Shown here piece by piece: positions 46,435 through 55,524 of a DNA stretch of 64,000 nucleotides (position 1 is its first letter; each line of letters begins with the position of its first letter). The position numbers and the translations under genes are program-made. The notes under the pieces were generated by a model that saw only the letters and a list, made by a program, of their open reading frames with translations, did not search any database and was not told the DNA's origin. This DNA is from Gammaproteobacteria bacterium (lineage in GTDB: Bacteria > Pseudomonadota > Gammaproteobacteria > Steroidobacterales > Steroidobacteraceae): contig JANYLH010000044.1 of the NCBI GenBank assembly GCA_025357915.1, forward strand, positions 14,390 through 78,389, given 5' to 3'.

Positions 46435-48226
46435 CGCAACTCGCGCCTGCGCGTGCGCGCTGGCCCTCGCCGGTGCGGGTCTTGCCACCGGCGTGGTCCG
46501 CGCCGGAGACGGGAGCACGACCGCGCCCTGCCCGCCCGAGTCCCCGGTCGCGGCCGAACGCAAGGCACCGGCGGTACCCGAGCTGCCCGGCTTCGCGCCC
46601 ACGCCGTGCAATCCGGCCGCGCTACCCCCACCGCGCGCGGACCAGCCGGGGACGCTCGCCGGGCTCCCGGATCGCTGGCGCATGGTCTCGACGCTGGGGT
46701 ACCCCGAGCGGCTCCACGACCCCTACCACGGCAACAACTGGTTGAAGGGCGATCGCCCGGCGTTCGGTGCTGACTGGTTCGTCAACCTCGCGGCGGTCGC
46801 GGATACCGTCGTCGAGCCCAGGCGCTTCCCGCTGCCAGTCGGCAACGTCGTCACCGAACGCCCGGGGAGCCTCGACGCCTACGGGCACGGCGCGAGCCAG
46901 CTCTATGCCCAGACCCTCGCCTTCGAGGCCGTCCTCTATCAGGGCGATACCGTATTCAAGCCGCCGGAGTGGGAGTTTCGCCTCACGCCCGTCTTCAGCG
47001 TCAATCGTGTCGAGGTAGGCGAGCGCGGCCTGGTGAACGCCGCCGCAGGCGCGCCGCTGTCGCGCACCGACACGGCGCTCGGGCTGCAGGCGGCGTTCGT
47101 CGATCGCCATCTGCGCAATGTTTCCGCGCACTACGATTTCGACAGCCTGCGCGTCGGCATCCAGCCGGTGACCGCGGACTTCCGCGGCTTCCTCTACACG
47201 GATGCGGCGCTAGGCGTGCGGCTGTCTGGCAACCGGGCCAACAATCGCTACCAGTACAACTTGGGTTGGTTCCGTCGCCTGGAGAAGGACACCAATTCCG
47301 GACTCAACGACGTGTTCGCTCGTGGCCTCGCCTCACTGCGCCATGACAGCGTAGTGCTCGCCAACCTGTACGCGCAGGACACGCCACTGCCCGGTTTCAC
47401 CTCGCAACTGGTGGTGGCGTACAACCGCAACCGGGAAGGCGGCGAACTACGCTACGACGGCAACGGCGCGCTGCAGCGTCCGGCGCAAATCGGTGATGGC
47501 CGCGGCCGCGACTACCAGGTGACCTACCTCGGCGTCAACGGCGATGGCCATGTCGGCGTGCTCAACGCGACCATTGCCGGCTACTTCGTATTCGGGCACG
47601 AATCGCGCGGCACCTTCGCCGCCGCCGCAGACCAGGTGCGCGCCTTCTTCGCAGCCGCCGAAGTGTCGCGCGACTGGGACTGGCTACGGGTCCGCGCTTC
47701 GATCGCGCTGCAGAGCGCCGATCACGATCCATTCGACCGGCGTGCCACCGGGTTCGATGCGATTGTAGAGAACCCGTTGTTCGCCGGCGCCGATACCAGT
47801 TTCTGGATCCGTCAGCCGGTGCCACTGATTGCCGGCGGCGGCGTATCACTGTCGGGTCGCAACGGCCTGCTCAGCTCGTTGCGCTCCTCGAAGGAATTCG
47901 GCCAGTCCAACTTCACCAACCCGGGACTGCAGCTGGTTGGCGTCGGCGCCGACGCGGACCTCACGCCGACGCTGCGGGTCAGCGCGAACGCCAACGACCT
48001 GCGCTTTGGCGACACGGCGGTGCTCGAGGTGGCGCGCGCGCAGGCATCGATCCCAAGACGCATCGGGCTCGACCTCTCGCTCGCGCTCAGCTGGCGTCCC
48101 CTCGCCACGCAGAACGTGGTCGCACGCCTGTCGGCCGCGAAGCTGCTGCCGGGCAGCGGCTGGAAAACGCTTTATGGCGGCGAGCAGGGCTATTCCATTC
48201 TCGGCAACCTGATACTGAGCTACTGA
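46424..48226 (+). CDS. putative outer-membrane beta-barrel protein (unassigned family)
   Basis: A signal peptide (ACACALALAGAGLATGVVRAGD). It contains abundant alternating aromatic/polar stretches such as YQYNLGWFRRLEKD, YQVTYLGVNGDGHVGVLNATIAGYFVFG and LDLSLALSWRPL. The C-terminus is aromatic (NLILSY). The GTG start at 46424 overlaps the upstream gene. Confidence 0.55.
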   Translation: MAASATRACACALALAGAGLATGVVRAGDGSTTAPCPPESPVAAERKAPAVPELPGFAPTPCNPAALPPPRADQPGTLAGLPDRWRMVSTLGYPERLHDPYHGNNWLKGDRPAFGADWFVNLAAVADTVVEPRRFPLPVGNVVTERPGSLDAYGHGASQLYAQTLAFEAVLYQGDTVFKPPEWEFRLTPVFSVNRVEVGERGLVNAAAGAPLSRTDTALGLQAAFVDRHLRNVSAHYDFDSLRVGIQPVTADFRGFLYTDAALGVRLSGNRANNRYQYNLGWFRRLEKDTNSGLNDVFARGLASLRHDSVVLANLYAQDTPLPGFTSQLVVAYNRNREGGELRYDGNGALQRPAQIGDGRGRDYQVTYLGVNGDGHVGVLNATIAGYFVFGHESRGTFAAAADQVRAFFAAAEVSRDWDWLRVRASIALQSADHDPFDRRATGFDAIVENPLFAGADTSFWIRQPVPLIAGGGVSLSGRNGLLSSLRSSKEFGQSNFTNPGLQLVGVGADADLTPTLRVSANANDLRFGDTAVLEVARAQASIPRRIGLDLSLALSWRPLATQNVVARLSAAKLLPGSGWKTLYGGEQGYSILGNLILSY

Positions 48227-48233
48227 CAGAGCG

Positions 48234-51200
48234 ATGCGCCACTACACCATCCTGCTGGCCTTCACGACGCTTGCCTGCCTGGCGCGCGGCGCGCCTGCGC
48301 AGGCTGCTGCCGACGAGGAAACGCCCGTCGAGCGCGCCTGGGTGACGGCGCCGTCCGCGCCGGCAAGCCAGACGCAATCGGCCGCGGATGCCAAGAGCGA
48401 GGGCTGCATCTCCTGTCACGCAGCCAGCGACGCTGCGAGCATGCACGCGGCGAAGGCGGTCGTGCTCGGCTGCACCGACTGCCACGGCGGCGATGCGTCA
48501 GTGCGCTGGCGCGGCGCGGCCTCAAAGAGTGATCCGCAGTATTCTGCGAGCCGCGATCGCGCCCACGTGCTGCCGCGCTTTCCGGCGAGCTGGCACTACC
48601 CGGACAGCGCCAACCCGGAGCGCAGCTACACGCTCCTGAACCGCGAGGCCCCGGAGTTTATCCGCTTTAAAAACCCTGGCGACTACCGGATCGCGCGCGA
48701 GGCCTGCGGCGCCTGCCATCTGCGCATCATCGAGGCCGCGGAACGGAGCCTCATGTCCACGAACGCGATGTTCTGGGGCGGCGCCGCGTACAACAACGGC
48801 ATCCTGCCGTTCAAGAACTACCTGCTCGGCGAGGGTTATACGCGCGAGGGCAAGTCGACGGTTATCGAAGGGCCACCCCTCACGCCCGAGGAAGCGTTGC
48901 AGCATGGCATCCTGCCCCGCCTCTATCCCCTACCGCGCTTCGAGACCATCCGGCCCGGCGATATCTTCCGGGTTTTCGAGGACGGCGGCCGCAACATCTC
49001 GAACCTGTTCCCCGAGACGGCCCTGCCGAACGTGTCGGGCGAACTGGAGCGGCTTGAGGAACCGGGCCGGCCCGATATCCGCCAGTCCAATCGCGGCCCC
49101 GGCACGGGCGCGCGCATCGCGGTGCCGGTGCTCAACATCCACAAGACGCGCCTCAACGACCCGCTTGCATGGTTCCTCGGCACCAACGACCAGCCCGGTG
49201 ATTACCGCTCCTCGGGCTGCAGCGCCTGCCACGTGGTTTACGCCAACGACCGCGACCCGGCGCACTCCGGGCCCTACGCGCGCTACGGGCACGAGGGCAC
49301 CTCGCAGCAGCGCGACCCGGTGATTCCGCGCGACCGGCCCGGCCACGCCCTGCAGCACGCGTTCACGCGCAGCATCCCTTCCAGCCAGTGCATGGTCTGC
49401 CACATGCACCAGCCGAACATGTTCATGAACACGTTCTACGGCTACACGATGTGGGACTACGAATCCGACGCGCCCTCAATGTGGCCCGGGCAACAGCGCT
49501 ACCCCACCGCCGATGAGACGCGGGCCGTGCTCGACCGCAATCCCGAGGGCGCCGCACCGCGTGGCAACTGGGCGGATCCCGGGTTCCTCAGCCGGGTCTG
49601 GGAACTCAACCCCGGGCTCAAGGATACGCAGTTCGCCGACTACCATGGCCACGGCTGGAATTTTCGCGCTGTCTTCAAGCGCGATCGCCATGGGCACCTG
49701 CAGGACAGCGCGGGCGCGATCGTCGCCAACGACGACCCGCAAAAGTGGGCCAAGGTCGTGCACATGGCTTCGGTGCATGTCGATGTCGGCATGCACTGCG
49801 TCGACTGTCACTACGGCCAGGACGCGCACGGCACCGGCCACATCCATGCCGAGGTCGCGCAGGCAGTCGAGATTGACTGCAAGGACTGCCACGGCACCGT
49901 GCGAGCCTACCCGACACTGCGCACTTCCGGTCCCGCAGCCGGCCCGAACGGCACCGACCTCGCGACGATTCGAAACCCCGACGGCCGTCTGCGCTTCGAG
50001 TGGCGCGACGGAAAACTGCTGCAACGCTCCGCCGTGGATCCCGCGAGGGAATGGGTGGTCTCGCTGGTCAAGGATTCGGTGACTCCAGGAAATCCGCGTT
50101 ACAACCCGCGCGCCGCGCGCGCCAAGCTCATGGCGAGGGATCCGCTGGGGCAGAAGTGGGGCACCGACGTCGCCTGGCCGCAACTCGCGCACAGCGACGA
50201 CAACATGGAGTGCTACTCCTGCCACACGTCGTGGACCACGAGCTGCGGGGGCTGCCACTTGCCGATTGAGGCCAACTGGAAGAGCGAGAAACACCGCTTC
50301 GAGGGCGGCACGAGCCGCAATTACGCCAGCTACAACCCGCAGGTGGCGCGCGACGACATGTTCCTGCTCGGTCGCCGCGGGCCGGTCGAGAACGGCAAGA
50401 TCGCCCCGGTGCGCTCGTCCTCGGCGCTGGTGCTGTCCTCGACCAACGCGAATCGCGAGCACATCTACGTGCAGCAGCCACCGATTGCAGCCTCGGGCTT
50501 TAGCTCACAGGCGATGAACCCGCACTACCCGCACACCGAGCGCAAGACCGAGACCAAGACCTGCAGTGACTGCCACCTGGCGGCCACGCGTGACAACAAC
50601 GCGATCATGGCGCAGACCCTGGGTCAGGGTACGCAGTACATCAACTTCGTCGGGCTCAACGCCTACCTCGGCACCGAGCGCGCGGTCGCCGCGGTGCAGG
50701 TAACCGAGTGGGAGGAGCCGCAGGCGGTCATCGGCAGCTACCTGCACCGCTATGCGTATCCCGATTACTACGCGGCACACCTGGCGCGCGGCCGGCAGCT
50801 GACGAACGCGGCCACGCACGCCTCCGGGCCCGCCAGCTGCGTGCAGCAACGCGGCGAATACCTGTACGCCTCCGAGGGCCATGGCGGATTGCGCGTCTAT
50901 GACATTGCCAGCATCGCCAACAAGGGAGTCAGCGCCCGGATTCTCAGCGCGCCGTTCTCGCCGTTGGGCCACGATACGCACGTGACCACGCGTGATGCCT
51001 CCTGCGTGGTGCTCGCGACCACGCAACCGGTGCAGCCCTCGCGCAACCAAGGTGCGCTGATGCGCGAGGCCAACCTCGAGCAGCCCTTCCTCGACGTCTA
51101 TCGTTACGCGTTCATCACTGACCGGGTCGAAGGGCTGATCCTGGTGGACATCGACACGCTCATGGACGGCAACTTCCGCAACAACCAGCTGCGGCGGGCG

Positions 51201-51974
51201 CTCACCTGGAACCCCGGCGGAGTGCTGCGCGGCGCGCGACACCTCGCCATCGGCGGCCGCTACCTCTACATCGTTGCCGACGCGGGCCTGATCGTTGCCG
51301 ACTTCCAGGATCCGCTCGCCCCGCGCGTACTCGCAACCGTCCCGCTGGACGACGCGCGCGCCGCGATGCTGCAGTTCCGCTATCTGTTTGTCACCGACCG
51401 CAGCGGGCTCGCGGTCATCGACGTCACGCATCCCGAGGGGCCACGCCTGGTGCCCGGCGCGCGCGTGCCGCTCGCCGACGCGCACAAGCTGTTCGTGTCG
51501 CGCACCTACGCCTGGGTGGCCAATGGTCGCGAGGGCCTGGCGATCATCGATGTCGAGAAACCCGAGGCGCCACGCCTGTTCCGGAACTTCAACGCCGACG
51601 GCGCGCTCGGCGATTCCCGCGACGTGGTGCTCGCGGCGACCAATGCCTCGTCATTCGCCTACGTGGCCGACGGCGCGGGCGGACTCAAGGTGATCCAGAC
51701 GATCGCCCCGGACACGCAGCCCGATTTCTACGGCTTCGCGCCCGAACCCCGGCCGCAGTTGATCGCGAGCTACCGCACGGCGGCCCCGGCCCTCGCCCTG
51801 TCGCGGCCGCTTGAGCGCGACCGCGCGGTGGACGAGAGCGGCGGGCAGGTTGCAGTATTCGGCCGCCGCGGCTCACGACCGTTTACTCTGCAGGAGATGC
51901 AACGCATGTACCTCGACGCAGCGGGTAACCCGTGGTTCGTCAGCGATTCCACGGCCCCTGGAGCGCCGCGATGA
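48234..51974 (+). CDS. 1246-aa secreted decahaem c-type cytochrome fused to a C-terminal LVIVD-repeat beta-propeller
   Basis: It has a signal peptide. Ten CXXCH motifs are spread over about 800 aa: CISCH, CTDCH, CGACH, CSACH, CMVCH, CVDCH, CKDCH, CYSCH, CGGCH and CSDCH. About six LVIVD-type repeats follow: GGLRVYDIASI, EGLILVDIDTL, AGLIVADFQDPLAP, SGLAVIDVTHPEGP, EGLAIIDVEKPEAP and GGLKVIQTIAP. Confidence 0.85.
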   Translation: MRHYTILLAFTTLACLARGAPAQAAADEETPVERAWVTAPSAPASQTQSAADAKSEGCISCHAASDAASMHAAKAVVLGCTDCHGGDASVRWRGAASKSDPQYSASRDRAHVLPRFPASWHYPDSANPERSYTLLNREAPEFIRFKNPGDYRIAREACGACHLRIIEAAERSLMSTNAMFWGGAAYNNGILPFKNYLLGEGYTREGKSTVIEGPPLTPEEALQHGILPRLYPLPRFETIRPGDIFRVFEDGGRNISNLFPETALPNVSGELERLEEPGRPDIRQSNRGPGTGARIAVPVLNIHKTRLNDPLAWFLGTNDQPGDYRSSGCSACHVVYANDRDPAHSGPYARYGHEGTSQQRDPVIPRDRPGHALQHAFTRSIPSSQCMVCHMHQPNMFMNTFYGYTMWDYESDAPSMWPGQQRYPTADETRAVLDRNPEGAAPRGNWADPGFLSRVWELNPGLKDTQFADYHGHGWNFRAVFKRDRHGHLQDSAGAIVANDDPQKWAKVVHMASVHVDVGMHCVDCHYGQDAHGTGHIHAEVAQAVEIDCKDCHGTVRAYPTLRTSGPAAGPNGTDLATIRNPDGRLRFEWRDGKLLQRSAVDPAREWVVSLVKDSVTPGNPRYNPRAARAKLMARDPLGQKWGTDVAWPQLAHSDDNMECYSCHTSWTTSCGGCHLPIEANWKSEKHRFEGGTSRNYASYNPQVARDDMFLLGRRGPVENGKIAPVRSSSALVLSSTNANREHIYVQQPPIAASGFSSQAMNPHYPHTERKTETKTCSDCHLAATRDNNAIMAQTLGQGTQYINFVGLNAYLGTERAVAAVQVTEWEEPQAVIGSYLHRYAYPDYYAAHLARGRQLTNAATHASGPASCVQQRGEYLYASEGHGGLRVYDIASIANKGVSARILSAPFSPLGHDTHVTTRDASCVVLATTQPVQPSRNQGALMREANLEQPFLDVYRYAFITDRVEGLILVDIDTLMDGNFRNNQLRRALTWNPGGVLRGARHLAIGGRYLYIVADAGLIVADFQDPLAPRVLATVPLDDARAAMLQFRYLFVTDRSGLAVIDVTHPEGPRLVPGARVPLADAHKLFVSRTYAWVANGREGLAIIDVEKPEAPRLFRNFNADGALGDSRDVVLAATNASSFAYVADGAGGLKVIQTIAPDTQPDFYGFAPEPRPQLIASYRTAAPALALSRPLERDRAVDESGGQVAVFGRRGSRPFTLQEMQRMYLDAAGNPWFVSDSTAPGAPR

Positions 51975-53272
51975 GGTTCGCACTGTTTCCAGCCTGTGCC
52001 CGCGCGTTGGTCCTGGCCGCGTTGCTGGGCGCCGCCGCCGCGGCGGCGAACCCGGGGGCGCCTGCCGACGCCGTGCACCAGGGCGTCGCCAGTTGCGCCA
52101 GCGGCATCTGCCATGGTTCGGCGAAACCCCGCTCGGCCACACCGGTGCAGCAGAACGAATACGTCACCTGGCAACATTTCGATCCGCACGCCGGCGCTTT
52201 CCATGCGCTGAGCGAACCGCGTGGCCGCGAGATCGCGCGACGGCTGGGCATTGCCGATGTCACCGCCGCGCCCCAGTGCCTCGGCTGCCACGCCGATGCC
52301 GCGCCCCCGGCGCAACGCGGCCCGCGCTTCCAGCTCGACGACGGCATCGGCTGCGAGAGCTGTCATGGTGCCTCTGATCGCTGGATCGCGAGCCACGCCG
52401 ACACGCCGCGCGTCACTCATGCGGACAACCTCCGCGCGGGGCTGCGTCCCCTCGAGCAGCCCGTCGTACGGGCCAGCGTGTGCCTCGACTGCCACGTCGG
52501 CTCGGTAGGCAATCTGGCCACTCACGCGATGATGGCGGCCGGCCACCCGCGGCTCAGCTTCGAGCTGGACACCTACACCGAATTGTGGCGGACGAGCGGC
52601 GGCCGCGAGCACTACGTGCGCGACCAGGACTACCGGCAGCGCAAGGGCCTTCCCCCAGCCACCGACGTGTGGATCGCAGGGTTGCTGGCGCAGGCGCGGC
52701 GCCAGCTGGCGATCCTCCGCGAGGATCCGGCGCCGGGCCTGCTGCCGGAGTTCGCGCTTTTCAACTGTTACTCCTGCCACCGCACCATGGGGCTCTCGCG
52801 TTGGGCCGCGCGGGAATCGAGCCCGGCCGGATCGGCCGGCGCCCTGCGCTTTGACGACAGCGCGTTGCGGCTCATCGCCGCGGTACTCGGGGCTGCCGGA
52901 TCCGCCGATGCCACACTGCTGCCCGAAATGGTGCGGGAACTCCAGGCGGCGCCGGGCAGGGATTGGGCGGCCGTGCAGCGCGCCGCAGCGGCACTAGATG
53001 CCGCTCTGGCCCCGTTGGCCGTCAGGCCGCCGGCACTCTCGGCGCCGCAGGCGCGAGTGCTGCTCGAGCAACTGTCCGCGGCGGTGCAGCGGGGCGAGTA
53101 TCGCGACTATGCCGGCGCAGAACAGGTGGCCATGGGGGCTGTGGTGCTGCTCGAGGCGAGCGGCCAGCCGACCGGATCAGCTGCGGTCGAAGCCCTGTTC
53201 GCGAGCCTGGCCGACGACGAGCGCTTCGACGCGGCGCGATTCCGGAGCCTGCTCGAGCACGCCACGAAATAG
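51971..53272 (+). CDS. secreted multihaem c-type cytochrome (cytochrome c554-like family)
   Basis: It has a signal peptide and four CXXCH motifs (CLGCH, CESCH, CLDCH, CYSCH). One additional CX4CH motif (CASGICH) is present. ATGA overlap with the upstream gene. Confidence 0.8.
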   Translation: MRFALFPACARALVLAALLGAAAAAANPGAPADAVHQGVASCASGICHGSAKPRSATPVQQNEYVTWQHFDPHAGAFHALSEPRGREIARRLGIADVTAAPQCLGCHADAAPPAQRGPRFQLDDGIGCESCHGASDRWIASHADTPRVTHADNLRAGLRPLEQPVVRASVCLDCHVGSVGNLATHAMMAAGHPRLSFELDTYTELWRTSGGREHYVRDQDYRQRKGLPPATDVWIAGLLAQARRQLAILREDPAPGLLPEFALFNCYSCHRTMGLSRWAARESSPAGSAGALRFDDSALRLIAAVLGAAGSADATLLPEMVRELQAAPGRDWAAVQRAAAALDAALAPLAVRPPALSAPQARVLLEQLSAAVQRGEYRDYAGAEQVAMGAVVLLEASGQPTGSAAVEALFASLADDERFDAARFRSLLEHATK

Positions 53273-53287
53273 GCGCGCCGTGCGCCG

Positions 53288-55147
53288 CTAGTCCACCGTG
53301 CAGAAGCAGTAGGCCAGCGCGTGCTGTGGAACCGCGGCGAGGCGTTGCCAGCGCAGCACTTCGCGCTGCAGCGGCCGCAGCTGCGGCGCCAGTGGCGAGC
53401 GCAAGCCAGCCTCGAGCGGGCTCTCGCCCAGCCCCGCAGCATGCAGCACCATGCTGTAGGCGCTGCGCGCGTTCAGCAGCAGCTGTTCGCTGAAACTCAA
53501 CTGCGGCTCGATGATGCGCACGTCGTAACCCGCCGCCAGCCTGGCCCGTTTCGCGGCCGCATGCACCGCGTCGTCGTAGCCTCCGAGCCGGTCGACCAAC
53601 CCGAGCCGCAACGCATCGCGCCCCGCCCAGACCCGTCCCTGGGCGATCGCATCGATCGCCGCCGGCGTCTTGCGACGCCCGCTGGCCACGCGCTGGAGGA
53701 ATTCGGAGTAGGAATGATCGACGCTGGCCTGCAGGATGGCTTCGATTTCCGGCTTGAGCGGCCGATCGAGTCGCAGCGTGCCGGACAGCGCGGTAGTACC
53801 GACGCCGTCCACCTGCACGCCGAGCTTCGCCAGCGCGCGATCGAAGGTCGGGATCGTGGCGAACACGCCGATCGAGCCGGTGATGGTGTTGGCGCTCGCC
53901 ACGATCTCGTCGGCGGGCGCGGCGATGTAGTACCCGCCGGAGGCCGCCAGATCGCCCATCGAGGCAACGACCGGCTTGCCCGCCGCACGCAGCAGCTGCA
54001 CTTCGCGATAGATCTGCTCGGAGGCGAACACGCTCCCGCCGGGGCTGTCGATACGCAGCACCACCGCCTTGATATCGGCATCCTCGCGCGCCTGGCGCAG
54101 GAGCGCCGTGGTCGAATCGCCCCCCACCGTCCCCGAGGGCTGCTCGCCGTCGAGAATTTCGCCGCTCGCCATGATCACGCCGACGGCGCTGCCGTGGCCG
54201 CGATGCAGGCGCTCCTCGGTGCGCAGCACGCGCAGGTAGTCCTCGAGCGCGACCGACTGGAAGCCATGCCGGTCGGTATCGGCGCCAACCAGCTCCACCA
54301 TGTGTTGCTCGAGCTGGGCACCGGTGAGCAGCGCAGTCACCAGGCCCGCGCTCTTGGCCACGCCCGCCAGGTCGCCGCCCGCCTGGCGCACCGCCGCGGG
54401 GTAGCCGTTGGCATAGGCGTCGATCGCTCCCGGGTCCAGGTGACGCGCGGCGCCAACGCCGGTGCGGTATCCCAGCCACAGGGACTGCAGATAGGCGGCA
54501 CTCTCCTGCCGCTCTTCGGCCGACATGTCGTTGCGCACGAACGGCTCGTTCGCGCTCTTGAACTTGCCGGCGCGCACCAGGTGCACATCGACGCTGAGCC
54601 TGGCGATCGCGTCCTTGAAGTACATGCGGTAGCGATCGAACCCCGGCAGCAGCACGAATCCGAACGGATCGAGGTAGATCTCATCGGCCTGGGCCGCGAG
54701 GTAATACTGGCTCTGCAGGAAATAGCTGCCGTGGGCGACGACCTTCTTGCCGGCAGCGCGGAATTCGCCGATCGCCCGGGCCAGCTCTTCGAGCGCCGGG
54801 AGGCCGGCGCCCGACAGGTCATCGGTCTCGATCAGCAGCGCCTGGATGCGCGCATCGCCCGCGGCACCACGGATTGCCCGGGTCAGGTCCCACAGCAACG
54901 TCTGCGGCGCGCGCTCCCCTTGCGCCTCACTGAGCGCCCGCTCGAACGGTGCCCCGGCGAGCTGCTCGACGATGTCACCGGAGGGATGCACCACCAGCGC
55001 GCCGCGTTCCGGGAGCCGCGGGATCGAACCCCGGAGCGCCGCGACCAGCAGCGCCAGCAGCCCGAGCAGCAGCAGCAGGTGCAGCACGCGGCGTACGACG
55101 TCGAGGCCGCGCCACAGGTTGCGGAAGAAGCCGAGCAGGTAGCGCAT
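53288..55147 (-). CDS. sppA: signal peptide peptidase SppA (67K type, tandem S49 domains)
   Basis: A 619-aa protein with an N-terminal TM and two S49 domains (GSYFLQSQYYLAAQAD...; MGDLAASGGYYIAAPADEI). Confidence 0.9.
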   Translation of the reverse strand: MRYLLGFFRNLWRGLDVVRRVLHLLLLLGLLALLVAALRGSIPRLPERGALVVHPSGDIVEQLAGAPFERALSEAQGERAPQTLLWDLTRAIRGAAGDARIQALLIETDDLSGAGLPALEELARAIGEFRAAGKKVVAHGSYFLQSQYYLAAQADEIYLDPFGFVLLPGFDRYRMYFKDAIARLSVDVHLVRAGKFKSANEPFVRNDMSAEERQESAAYLQSLWLGYRTGVGAARHLDPGAIDAYANGYPAAVRQAGGDLAGVAKSAGLVTALLTGAQLEQHMVELVGADTDRHGFQSVALEDYLRVLRTEERLHRGHGSAVGVIMASGEILDGEQPSGTVGGDSTTALLRQAREDADIKAVVLRIDSPGGSVFASEQIYREVQLLRAAGKPVVASMGDLAASGGYYIAAPADEIVASANTITGSIGVFATIPTFDRALAKLGVQVDGVGTTALSGTLRLDRPLKPEIEAILQASVDHSYSEFLQRVASGRRKTPAAIDAIAQGRVWAGRDALRLGLVDRLGGYDDAVHAAAKRARLAAGYDVRIIEPQLSFSEQLLLNARSAYSMVLHAAGLGESPLEAGLRSPLAPQLRPLQREVLRWQRLAAVPQHALAYCFCTVD

Positions 55148-55182
55148 GCGTCGTGTATGCCGCGACTACGGCGACCGCAACC

Positions 55183-55524
55183 CTAGACTTTCTCTTCGAT
55201 GCGGGCCGACTTGCCGGCGCGATCGCGCAGGTAATACAGCTTCGCGCGCCGCACGTTGCCGCGACGCTTGACGCTGATGTCGCTGATCGAGGGGCTGTGG
55301 GTCTGGAAGGTACGCTCGACGCCCTCGCCGTGCGACACCTTGCGCACCGTGAACGAGGAGTTGAAACCGCGATTGGAAATGCCGATCACGACGCCCTCGA
55401 AGGCCTGCACGCGCTCGCGCTCGCCCTCGACGACCTTGACCTGCACCACTACGGTGTCGCCCGGCTTGAAATCAGGGACCTTGCGCGTCATGCGCTCGGC
55501 TTCGAGGGTCTGAATGATGTTCAT
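55183..55524 (-). CDS. rplS: 50S ribosomal protein L19
   Basis: [10 protein letters not shown]...[29 protein letters not shown] is a canonical L19 sequence. Confidence 0.97.
   Translation of the reverse strand: MNIIQTLEAERMTRKVPDFKPGDTVVVQVKVVEGERERVQAFEGVVIGISNRGFNSSFTVRKVSHGEGVERTFQTHSPSISDISVKRRGNVRRAKLYYLRDRAGKSARIEEKV

Noticed and set aside
53321-55186. 621-aa plus-strand ORF (and the 485-aa minus-strand ORF at 53022..54479 in another frame)
   Set aside because: It overlaps sppA, which has clear S49 motifs on the minus strand. The composition is Arg/Gly/Ala/Pro-biased. These are shadow ORFs.
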